NCBI GenBank assembly: GCA_964639895.1
Contig: CAZXEJ010000052.1
Span: 1 to 12,472, forward strand
Length of the DNA stretch: 12,472 nt
Direction: 5' to 3'
Source of the DNA: an uncultured Spirochaetia bacterium
GTDB lineage: Bacteria > Desulfobacterota_D > UBA1144 > Nemesobacterales > JADFKM01
Both the position numbers and the translations under genes were made by a program. Under the pieces are notes generated by a model. It had not been told where the DNA came from, ran no database searches, and was given only the letters and a program-made list of their open reading frames with translations. Below, piece by piece: positions 1-7,080 of the stretch (positions within the stretch are counted from its first letter, which is position 1; each line of letters begins with the position of its first letter).

Positions 1-114
1 GAGGTGTTTAAAGCCCGGACCGTCAAGGCTGGTGTTGATACCAGGACTGCGACGGCGATCACCGACGCCGCGGCCGATGGGATATCGATGCGCACCGTGG
101 GTGGCTCCTCCTAG
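1..114 (+). CDS. 3' end of an unidentified protein-coding gene, truncated by the window start
   Basis: Frame 1 is open from base 1 to TAG at 112-114 and translates to ...EVFKARTVKAGVDTRTATAITDAAADGISMRTVGGSS*. Codons are C-ending (gcc, acc, gtc, atc, gac), as in the confirmed genes of this window. No homology is recognised. Confidence 0.3.
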   Translation, partial: EVFKARTVKAGVDTRTATAITDAAADGISMRTVGGSS

Positions 115-130
115 GGGGGTTGCGTCCCCG
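115..130 (+). terminator. Short GC hairpin followed by an AT-rich stretch just after the stop of the partial upstream gene; possible intrinsic terminator
   Basis: ggggggttgcgtcccc can pair as gggg(g)/(g)tcccc around a small loop. The sequence right after it (ataatacattattacc) is unusually AT-rich for this genome. Confidence 0.2.
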
Positions 131-338
131 AGACGGATAATACATTATTACCCTATTACCTTATCCGCATCCACGTGCGGCAACAACCGTGTCCGTCCGT
201 GACAGCCGACACCCCGGCGCGCACGTGGACACCCGTCCACGGCTCGTGCGGCCGCTCGCTTCCGCTGCGTGCGGGGCTGCGTGCACGTGGTGCGTACACG
301 ATCCGGCCGTGCTTGATACCACAAGGAGGGTTCATTCA

Positions 339-2060
339 GTGTTTGCCATCGCCGAGGTTTCGTTAAATCCCGTGGACTCCGTCCGGCTTGTACTCGCGGC
401 GCTCTGCGTCGCGGTGGCATTGGGCGCTTTCGCCCGGCCTTCAGCCGCCTCCGGCGACGATGTGGTAGTCGAGAGCGAGGTCTACGAGGAGCTGGCCTCT
501 TCGCCACGGGTGGACGTCATCGTGGTTCTCAGCACCCCTGGTCCCGTGCCTGCGGATCTGGCCATGCGGTCGGCCGAGGTCGCGGCTCTGGTAGACACCG
601 TATTGGCGGGGATTCCGCAGAGCGAGGTGGAGGTCAGGGCGCGGTGGGAGGCCGTCGGGGCCTTTGCGGCCCGCGTCACGCTCGAGGGTGTGAGGCTTCT
701 GTCGCATATGGAGGGAGTGAAGAAAGTTGTTCTCGACGTCCCCGGTGGCGGGGGGCTTACCGAGAGCGTCCCTCTCATCAACGCCGACGTCGTAGGGGCC
801 ATGGGATACGGGGGAGAAGGTGTGGTGGTGGCGGTACTGGATACGGGTGTGGACGCTTCACACCCCGATCTCGAGGGCGACGTCATCGACGAGCACTGTT
901 TCTGCGTGAGCGAGGGAGGGGGCGGCTGTTGTCCCGGCGGCGCGACGGAGGCGGGAGGTCCTGGAAGCGCCATGGATGACAACGGCCACGGGACCAACAT
1001 AGCGGGAATCATCACATCAGACGGCCTCGTGGCTCCGCCCGGCGTGGCGCCCGGGGCGAAGATCGTCGCCGTGAAAGTGCTCGATAAGGACAACAGGTTC
1101 TCCTCGCTCGCTCAGGTCGTCTCAGGTCTCAACTGGGTTATAGTCAACCATCCCGAGGTTGACGTGATAAACATGAGCCTCGGCACCGACCGCCTTTTCT
1201 CAGGACCCTGTGACGGCGATGGGTTGGGGCTTGTGTTCGCCGATCCCGTGGCAACGCTAAAGGCGCGCGGCGTACTGGTGGTGGCCTCGACGCAGAACGA
1301 CGGTTCGCCGACCCAGATAGCGGCTCCGGCTTGCCTCTCTTCGACTGTGGCCGTGAGCGCCGTCTACGACTCGTCGTTCGGCCCCAGCTTCGTCTTCGAC
1401 TGCCTCGACCTGACGGCTGCGGACGTCGTGCCCTGCTTCGCCAACAACAACCCCTTCGTTGACCTGCTGGCGCCGGGGGCCAAGATAGTGTCCTCGGGTC
1501 CGGGGGGCGGGTTGCTCGCCCAATCCGGCACCTCGCAGGCCGCGGCCCACGTCTCGGCCTCGGCGGCCGTACTGATGGGAGCGGCCCCCGAGCTGGGCGC
1601 GGACGGGGTGCTTGCCGTGCTCAAGGAGACCGGGGTGCCCGTGACCGATGCGAGAAACGGTGTGACGCTGCCGCGGATAAACCTGCTTGCTGCACTCAAC
1701 GCCGCCGTTCCAGTGAGCGGCGAAGACTGCACCGATCTTGCCGACAACGACGGCAACGGTCTCATCGACTGCGAAGACCCCGCCTGCGACGGCAAGCCTT
1801 CCTCGGAGGGTGCGCCGTGCGAGTTCGGTGTGGAGACGTCGTGTACGGACGGCGCCGACAACGACGCCGACGGTGCCGTGGACGCCGCCGATCCCGACTG
1901 CGAGAGAAGCGAAGGAGCGGGAGACTCGGTACCGGTCTCCTGCTCGCTGACCGGAGTGCCGTCGGCACGAGGCCGCTGGGGTGCCGCCTCGGCCGCCTTG
2001 CCGATCGTGCCTTTGCTACTGCTACCTCTGCTCGCCGCTAGGTTTCGCCGCTCCCGGTGA
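339..2060 (+). CDS. Secreted subtilisin-like serine protease (peptidase S8) with an I9-like propeptide, C-terminal Cys-rich Ca-binding-type repeats and a C-terminal hydrophobic anchor with a basic tail
   Basis: The catalytic triad motifs are in S8 order: VVVAVLDTGVDASHPD (Asp), DNGHGTNIAGII (His) and GTSQAAAHVSASAAVLMGA (Ser). A signal-peptide-like N-terminus (VFAIAEVSLNPVDSVRLVLAALCVAVALGAFARPSAASG) follows a GTG at 339, which is preceded by AAGGAGG at 323-329 with 9-nt spacing. The ORF-track start at 189 lacks an RBS and would add a non-hydrophobic extension. The stop is TGA at 2058-2060. Confidence 0.88.
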   Translation: MFAIAEVSLNPVDSVRLVLAALCVAVALGAFARPSAASGDDVVVESEVYEELASSPRVDVIVVLSTPGPVPADLAMRSAEVAALVDTVLAGIPQSEVEVRARWEAVGAFAARVTLEGVRLLSHMEGVKKVVLDVPGGGGLTESVPLINADVVGAMGYGGEGVVVAVLDTGVDASHPDLEGDVIDEHCFCVSEGGGGCCPGGATEAGGPGSAMDDNGHGTNIAGIITSDGLVAPPGVAPGAKIVAVKVLDKDNRFSSLAQVVSGLNWVIVNHPEVDVINMSLGTDRLFSGPCDGDGLGLVFADPVATLKARGVLVVASTQNDGSPTQIAAPACLSSTVAVSAVYDSSFGPSFVFDCLDLTAADVVPCFANNNPFVDLLAPGAKIVSSGPGGGLLAQSGTSQAAAHVSASAAVLMGAAPELGADGVLAVLKETGVPVTDARNGVTLPRINLLAALNAAVPVSGEDCTDLADNDGNGLIDCEDPACDGKPSSEGAPCEFGVETSCTDGADNDADGAVDAADPDCERSEGAGDSVPVSCSLTGVPSARGRWGAASAALPIVPLLLLPLLAARFRRSR

Positions 2061-2121
2061 GGAGACGGCTTCGGCTTCGGATGGGGGTGGAAACTTGTAA
2101 TGCCGCCCCGGCCACGCATAT

Positions 2122-2127
2122 TATAAT
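2122..2127 (+). promoter_or_regulatory. Perfect TATAAT -10 hexamer about 140 bp upstream of the SPFH gene; candidate promoter
   Basis: cgcatatTATAATggt in GC-rich context. No well-spaced TTGACA-like -35 is present (TTGTAA at 2095-2100 is 21 bp away). Confidence 0.3.
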
Positions 2128-2268
2128 GGTACGGGCCGATCCCGGCAGGGATGATGCGGTCTGCTGCCGCAGGGGTGCCTGCGTCGCTTCAGTCCCGGAC
2201 CCGTTGCGGGGCGGCGTGTTCGTCTGCGGAGCGGCCGGAAAACAATACCGCGAGGTGCATAGAACAGC

Positions 2269-3204
2269 ATGAAACCGAGGTTTACCAACCAGATAGCCAT
2301 AGCCGTCATAGCCGTAGTGATACTGATCCTGTTCCTCAACCCGTTCGTTACCATCGAGAGCGGCCAGGTGGGCATTAAGAAGACGTTCGGTGAGTACTCC
2401 TACAGGGAGCTGGAGCCGGGGATACATCTTATCGTTCCCATCGTACAATCGGTGCAGAAGGTCGACGTGAGGGTGCAGACCATAAACTACACGACCAGCG
2501 GCACGCGCGAGGGCAAGGGGCTGGTCAGGCGCAAGCCCATCCAGGTGTTGGATCAGCGCGGCCTGCCCATAGTGATAGAGCTCACCGTACAGTTCCGCCT
2601 CATCAAGGACAAGGCCTCGGAGACCGTCGAGCGGTGGGGGCTCGATTGGAGCGAGAAGATAATCAACCCCACGGTGCGCGAAGTGGTGCGTGACGTCGTG
2701 GGCAGCTATCCGGCCGAGATAATACCGACGAAGAGGCAGGAGATAGCCGTTGGCATCTCGGACAAGATAAAGGAAAGGATAAAGGAGATATCCGAGGATG
2801 CCGTGTCGATTGTCGGCGTGCAGTTGCGAAACGTCGAGCTGCCCAACGAGATAGCCCAGAAGATCAAGGAGGTTCAGGTGGCCAAGCAAGAGGCCGCCAA
2901 GATGGTCTACATCGAGGAGAGGGCCAAGCGCGAACAGCAGGTCAAGATAATAGAGGCCGAGACGAAGAAGCTCGAGAGGATAAAGAAGGCTGAAGGGGCC
3001 TCGGCCAGCAAGATAAAGGAGGCCGAGGGTATTGCCAAGGCCAACGAGCTCATCCAGCGCTCCATTACCGATAAGATGATCAGGTGGAAGGAACTGGACG
3101 TGGAGATGGAGCTCGCCCGCAGCATCCGCGACAACCCTAACGCGACGGTGTTCATAAACACGCCGTCTTCGAACCTGCACATGTGGCTGAAGAAGAAGGA
3201 GTGA
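2269..3204 (+). CDS. SPFH/band-7 family membrane protein (prohibitin/HflC/stomatin-like)
   Basis: An N-terminal TM helix (IAIAVIAVVILILFLNPF) is followed by the typical SPFH start VTIESGQVGIKKTFGEY and an SPFH core (RGLPIVIELTVQFRLI..., VQLRNVELPNEIAQKIKE). The C-terminal half is a long charged coiled coil (EAAKMVYIEERAKREQQVKIIEAETKKLERIKKAEG...). GAGGTG lies 11 nt upstream of the ATG; the stop is TGA at 3202-3204. Confidence 0.9.
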   Translation: MKPRFTNQIAIAVIAVVILILFLNPFVTIESGQVGIKKTFGEYSYRELEPGIHLIVPIVQSVQKVDVRVQTINYTTSGTREGKGLVRRKPIQVLDQRGLPIVIELTVQFRLIKDKASETVERWGLDWSEKIINPTVREVVRDVVGSYPAEIIPTKRQEIAVGISDKIKERIKEISEDAVSIVGVQLRNVELPNEIAQKIKEVQVAKQEAAKMVYIEERAKREQQVKIIEAETKKLERIKKAEGASASKIKEAEGIAKANELIQRSITDKMIRWKELDVEMELARSIRDNPNATVFINTPSSNLHMWLKKKE

Positions 3205-3420
3205 GAATGCCCGGTGGGGGGGTTGCCTCCGGAGCGGCGTTTCAGAAGCGGTGGGGTGGCGATTACGACCTGGGGGGCGTTGATGTCCCTCCGAATGGTG
3301 GAGGGGTGCCTCGGGGGGGTGTGCGAGGGTGGAGCACGGAGGGGGGCGGCCCCCCACGCGGTTAAGGCCTCGCGAGCCCTGGGGTGCATTGGTTGTGCAT
3401 CAAGCGAGGGGAGGAGGGAT
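3205..3420 (+). repeat. G-run-rich, C-depleted spacer between convergent genes; G-quadruplex-prone on the + strand and C-rich on the - strand
   Basis: Runs of 6-7 G occur at about 3216-3222, 3273-3278, 3314-3320 and 3337-3342. The ORFs predicted here (3183..3365, 3214..3549) translate to Gly/Arg low-complexity sequence. Confidence 0.5.
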
Positions 3421-3540
3421 GATGGAGACCGCTCCCTGAGGATTGGGAGAAAGGCCGTGCCTCGGGACCCCGTGAGGGTGGCGGTGGTGATGGGAGAAGC
3501 GTATATCCCGTCAACGCAAAGCTGTCCCTTTCACGCCGAG

Positions 3541-3556
3541 ACCGCCTGAGGGCGGT
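3541..3556. terminator. Stem-loop between the convergent SPFH and ubiB-like genes; possible (bidirectional) terminator hairpin
   Basis: accgcc-tgag-ggcggt forms a 6-bp perfect stem with a 4-nt loop, 15 nt beyond the ubiB-like stop codon (3571-3573 on the minus strand). No clear U-tract follows. Confidence 0.3.
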
Positions 3557-3570
3557 GGTGCCGGCCCGAC

Positions 3571-5226
3571 TCAGTAGTCGTCCCCTGAGCGCAAAACGGA
3601 GAAGGCCACCGTAAGGCCGAGCACGGTTGCAAACAGCAGTCCCACCGCACCCATCAGCCAGCCGAGCCATGACTCCGTAGCCAGCAGCAATACGAACGAA
3701 GCGGCAAGGACGATTGCCATGAGCCCCAGGATGACGAACCGGTTTAGCACCCTTTCCCAGGCGCGCGCCCTGGCCCTGGCGCTTGTGTCCTCGATCCGAA
3801 GCTTGAGGCTTCCCTGTTCGATCGAGTCCAGGAGCGACCGCAGCTTGAGCGGTGCCTCCTGTACGGTCGAAGAGAGGGCGATCACTGCCTTGGTCACGTC
3901 CTTGGAAAGGCGTGCCAGGCTGTAGCGCGACTTGAACAGCTCGACGAAGTGGTCGTAGCCCTCTTCGAACACGTTTATGTCGGGATCGAGTTCCTTGCCG
4001 ACCCCTTCCATCGTTATGAGGGCCTTTATCACCAGCAGGTAATCGTAGGGGATGCGTATCTTGTGGCGGAACGCCCCCTCGATGATGTCGTGGATGAACC
4101 CCTTGAATTCCAGGTGGCGCAGTTGCTTGCCGAAGTGGCGGTCGCACACGTCGAGCACGTCCTTGCGGAACTCGGCCACATCGACCTCCTCTTCTTGGAG
4201 GCCGATGCGGAGCAGTATGGAGACCACCTCCTCGAAGTCCTCCCTTCCGAGGGCGAGCATGAGCAGCAGGATCTTCTCCCTCACCTCCTCGCTGACCCGG
4301 CCCGCTTCGCCCAGGTCGAGGAAGTTGATCGTGGGTCCCTCGGTGACGAGCACATTACCCGGGTGGGGGTCGGCGTGGAAGAATCCGTCGCGGAATATCA
4401 TGTCGATCACTATGTGGAGTCCGAGGCGGGCGATCTCGCAAGGGTCGTAACCGGCCGCGCGGGCGTCCGTGATCTTGACGCCGTCGACGTACTCCATGGT
4501 GAGCACCTTTTTGCCCGACAGCTCGTGGAATACGCGCGGGAAGTTGGCATGGGGGTTGTTGTGGAAGTTCCTGCGGAACCTCTCGCTGTTTGCGGCCTCG
4601 ACGGTGAAGTCGAGCTCCTTCATGAGGACGCGCTCGAACTCGCGCACGATCTTGGTGGGCGAGTAGAACCTGAGCTCGGGGATGCTTTTTGTGGCTAGTC
4701 GCGCCAGCAGGTAGAGCAGGTCGATGTCGGTCTCGATGACGCTCTTTATACCGGGCCGCTGCACCTTGACCGCGACCACGGTGCCGTCCTTAAGAGCGGC
4801 GCGGTGCACCTGTGCGAGCGAGGCCGAGGCCACGGGCAGGGGATCGAACTCCTTGAACACGTTCCCTATCTCCTCGCCCAGTTCGAGCCGTATCTGCTGG
4901 GCCACCTCGGCCAAGGATACGGGTTCTACCTCGTCCTGCAGCTTGGAGAACTCACGCGCGTAGGCGGGGGGGATGAGGTCGGCACGGGTGCTCAGGATCT
5001 GGCCGAACTTCACGAACGTGGGGCCCAACTCCTCGAGGACGCGGCGCAGCCTCTCGGGTTCGCTCCCGGGCGGGGGTTCTGCGGGCAACAGATGGGATAT
5101 AAGCTTCGATTCCTCGAGTCCCAGGCGGCGCACAAGGTTGCCGAAGCCGTACTTGGCCAGGACGGCCACGATGTGGCTCAGGCGCTGGATGTCCTTGAGG
5201 CCCGCGAAGAGCGATATCACACTCAA
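3571..5226 (-). CDS. ubiB: UbiB/ABC1 (AarF/Coq8-like) atypical protein kinase family protein with C-terminal TM helices
   Basis: Translation shows the family motifs: N-terminal ...RLSHIVAVLAKYGFGNLV, an ATP-binding Lys region PLPVASASLAQVHRAALKDGTVVAVKVQRPGI, a catalytic loop FFHADPHPGNVLV, and INFLDLGE. Two C-terminal hydrophobic helices are present (VILGLMAIVLAASFVLLLA, WLMGAVGLLFATVLGLTVAF). The start is set at the TTG (5226..5224) that overlaps the upstream gene's TGA stop as TTGA. An alternative GTG lies at 5220; there is no in-frame ATG before the conserved N-terminus. The ORF-track start at 5415 would overlap the upstream gene by 190 nt. Confidence 0.82.
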   Translation of the reverse strand: MSVISLFAGLKDIQRLSHIVAVLAKYGFGNLVRRLGLEESKLISHLLPAEPPPGSEPERLRRVLEELGPTFVKFGQILSTRADLIPPAYAREFSKLQDEVEPVSLAEVAQQIRLELGEEIGNVFKEFDPLPVASASLAQVHRAALKDGTVVAVKVQRPGIKSVIETDIDLLYLLARLATKSIPELRFYSPTKIVREFERVLMKELDFTVEAANSERFRRNFHNNPHANFPRVFHELSGKKVLTMEYVDGVKITDARAAGYDPCEIARLGLHIVIDMIFRDGFFHADPHPGNVLVTEGPTINFLDLGEAGRVSEEVREKILLLMLALGREDFEEVVSILLRIGLQEEEVDVAEFRKDVLDVCDRHFGKQLRHLEFKGFIHDIIEGAFRHKIRIPYDYLLVIKALITMEGVGKELDPDINVFEEGYDHFVELFKSRYSLARLSKDVTKAVIALSSTVQEAPLKLRSLLDSIEQGSLKLRIEDTSARARARAWERVLNRFVILGLMAIVLAASFVLLLATESWLGWLMGAVGLLFATVLGLTVAFSVLRSGDDY

Positions 5227-6551
5227 TGACCTTTTATTCTCAGCTCTTCGAAGATGGTCTTGACGTCGAAGTAGGGCTCGCCCCGCCCGCGGGCCGATTC
5301 GTACAGGGATTCGAGCTCGCGGAGCAGTTTGAGAAGCTTCGGACGGTCCCGCTCCGAAGCGGCGCACTGGCGGGGGGTCTTGCCTCCCAGGGCGGCATGG
5401 GGCTCGTCCACCCATCTGCGATAATATTCAATCAAGGCGGCCTCGACCTCCTTCTGGCTGCGCGCCCCCGGCGGGAGCCGCCTTCCACCGCCTGCGGCCG
5501 TCTTCTTCACACCTCCGACCCTGTAGGCCGAGGGCTCCTTCTTCGTTCGATCGATAAGTTGGAGCTCTTCGCCCATCAGCCCCTCGAAGAACGACCACGC
5601 CTTTGCGGCCAGGCTCCTCGAATGGCACTCCACCGTCAGAACGTCCCCCTCTATTTCCACCGTTCCTATGACGCGCTTGCCCCCCTCGTCGAGCAGCGAG
5701 TAGAAGACCGCCTCCTCGCCACCGCCCACGATGCGCCTTACGTTTTGCGTCTTCTCTAGCGTCGATACCACGGACGTTGGATCGCGCATCCGGTATCGGG
5801 CCGAATGGAACACTATCTCCTCGCCCTCGGCCGTAACGTAACGGGGGTCGTCGACCATTCTTCTCAAGCGGTTCTCGATGTAGAATCCCCAGTCGCGCAG
5901 GAACTCCCCGACGGTGGCCGCCTCGCCCCGAAGCTGGCGGAAGGAGGCATACTCTTCGTTGAAGTATTCGAGTATGATGGGCTTGAAGTTGGGCGGATAT
6001 ATGGTTACGACGCCGGAGAAGTAGTGGCGGTCACCCACGGGAAGGGGACGTGCCGATACGATGTCGGGTGGAGTGGCCGACGAAGCCGTCGACGAGTCGG
6101 TGACTTCGTAGAGCTCTCCCCGAAAAAGATCCTCTAATACGATCCGCCCCGCGTTGCGATCGGTCTCCTTGAGCTCGAAGAAGCTGTGGGTGGCTCTCTT
6201 CCAGAGGCTTGCCATCTTCGCTTCGAGTGGACTCAGCGTAGGGGCCTCGTCTTCGGCCATGATCTCCACTATTCTGCGGCCGCTGTCGAGGAGGCGAAAA
6301 TCGAACAGGAACCAGTCGAAGAAGCGGGTGAACGTGATCTCGTCCAACTGCTCCTCGAGGTCTTCAACGAGGACGCTGGGGTCGTCGCGCCAGACGTAGA
6401 AGGCCTCGCCTATCTGGCTTTGTATCTTGTCCCTTTGTGAGATTTCGTAGAGCAGGCGGCGTAGGTTGTGCTCTGCCCGCTCGATTTCGGACTCGGTATT
6501 CCCCGTCGCGGCGGTCCTCTTGCGGCCGCCCCGTCCCTTGCGGCGTTCCAT
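5223..6551 (-). CDS. Hypothetical protein (443 aa) whose C-terminal segment resembles the ALGG-containing toxin-binding domain of Xre/MbcA/ParS-type antitoxins (DUF2384-like); first gene of a two-gene operon with the UbiB-like kinase
   Basis: The ORF has protein-like composition from an internal ATG at 6551..6549 (MERRKGRGGRKRTAATGNTESEIERAEHNLRRLLYEISQ...). Its C-terminus, ...WVDEPHAALGGKTPRQCAASERDRPKLLKLLRELE..., matches the W-x-x-P-x-x-ALGG-x-x-P motif recalled from memory, with no search run. The region upstream of 6551 in the same frame is Pro/Thr/Ala low-complexity (see rejected items). The stop TGA at 5225..5223 overlaps the TTG start of the kinase gene. Confidence 0.65.
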   Translation of the reverse strand: MERRKGRGGRKRTAATGNTESEIERAEHNLRRLLYEISQRDKIQSQIGEAFYVWRDDPSVLVEDLEEQLDEITFTRFFDWFLFDFRLLDSGRRIVEIMAEDEAPTLSPLEAKMASLWKRATHSFFELKETDRNAGRIVLEDLFRGELYEVTDSSTASSATPPDIVSARPLPVGDRHYFSGVVTIYPPNFKPIILEYFNEEYASFRQLRGEAATVGEFLRDWGFYIENRLRRMVDDPRYVTAEGEEIVFHSARYRMRDPTSVVSTLEKTQNVRRIVGGGEEAVFYSLLDEGGKRVIGTVEIEGDVLTVECHSRSLAAKAWSFFEGLMGEELQLIDRTKKEPSAYRVGGVKKTAAGGGRRLPPGARSQKEVEAALIEYYRRWVDEPHAALGGKTPRQCAASERDRPKLLKLLRELESLYESARGRGEPYFDVKTIFEELRIKGH

Positions 6552-6558
6552 GTTGGGA

Positions 6559-6587
6559 AAATTAAACGATATGGGGGGGATTGTCAA
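6559..6587 (-). promoter_or_regulatory. Sigma-70-like promoter positioned to start transcription at or within 1-2 nt of the ATG at 6551, giving a leaderless mRNA
   Basis: The minus strand reads cgaTTGACAatcccccccatatcgttTAATTTtcccaacATG. It has a perfect -35 TTGACA (6587..6582), a 17-bp spacer, and a -10 TAATTT (6564..6559) that keeps the critical T-12, A-11 and T-7. An alternative -10 TTTAAT is possible with a 15-bp spacer. The predicted +1 falls on the A of the ATG, and there is no Shine-Dalgarno motif. Confidence 0.45.
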
Positions 6588-6599
6588 TCGCGCGACGCC

Positions 6600-7080
6600 G
6601 GGCCGGTTGGTGGCCGGAAACGGAGGGCGCGGGTATTGGAGAGTGGAGCCCCCCGGTGCGTAACGGGTGAAAGGTGTTGCGGGTGTTGCGGCACGTGCAA
6701 CGCGGCCGCTCCGGCTCAGCGTGGGGGTTGTTATGGTGGGGTGGTGGGCTTGGGTGGGGGCATCTCCTCGGGGTGGGAGCGAAGTGGGGGTGGCGGCGTC
6801 CACTCGTGCGAATGGACGTGGGCCGGGATGGTAGAGACTTTCCCGGGTGCGGCGGTGCGCTGGGTTGTCGGGGGCCTGAGGGGGAAAGGGGCTTTCGGGG
6901 TTGAGGAGAAAGCGCGGTATCGGCGGCCGGAGTGTGTCGGGTGGGGTTGGAGCCGCCGCTTGCCCAGCGTGGAGGTGCTCGCGAGTAGGGGGTGGCGGGG
7001 CGGCTCGGGTGTGTGCGGGTGACGTAGGGAGATTTTCGGCTAGAGGGGGGCGGTTATGGTTGAATGTGGATGAGAGGCTG
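6600..7080 (+). repeat. Extremely G-skewed, C-poor low-complexity DNA (about 50% G on the + strand) with several canonical G-quadruplex motifs; non-coding
   Basis: By eye, G is roughly half of the bases and C under 15%. G4 motifs include GGGGtGGtGGGcttGGGtGGGGG (6738-6760) and GGGGGcctgaGGGGGaaaGGGGctttcGGGG (6870-6900). A 9-bp tandem ggtgttgcg occurs twice (6672-6689). All six-frame ORFs here translate to Gly/Arg/Trp or Pro-rich junk. Confidence 0.6.

Noticed and set aside
189-338. ORF-track start for the protease at 189 (MSVRDSRHPGAHVD...)
   Set aside because: The first 50 residues are Arg/Pro-rich and non-hydrophobic with no RBS. An in-frame GTG at 339 has a consensus AAGGAGG 9 nt upstream and begins a typical signal peptide.
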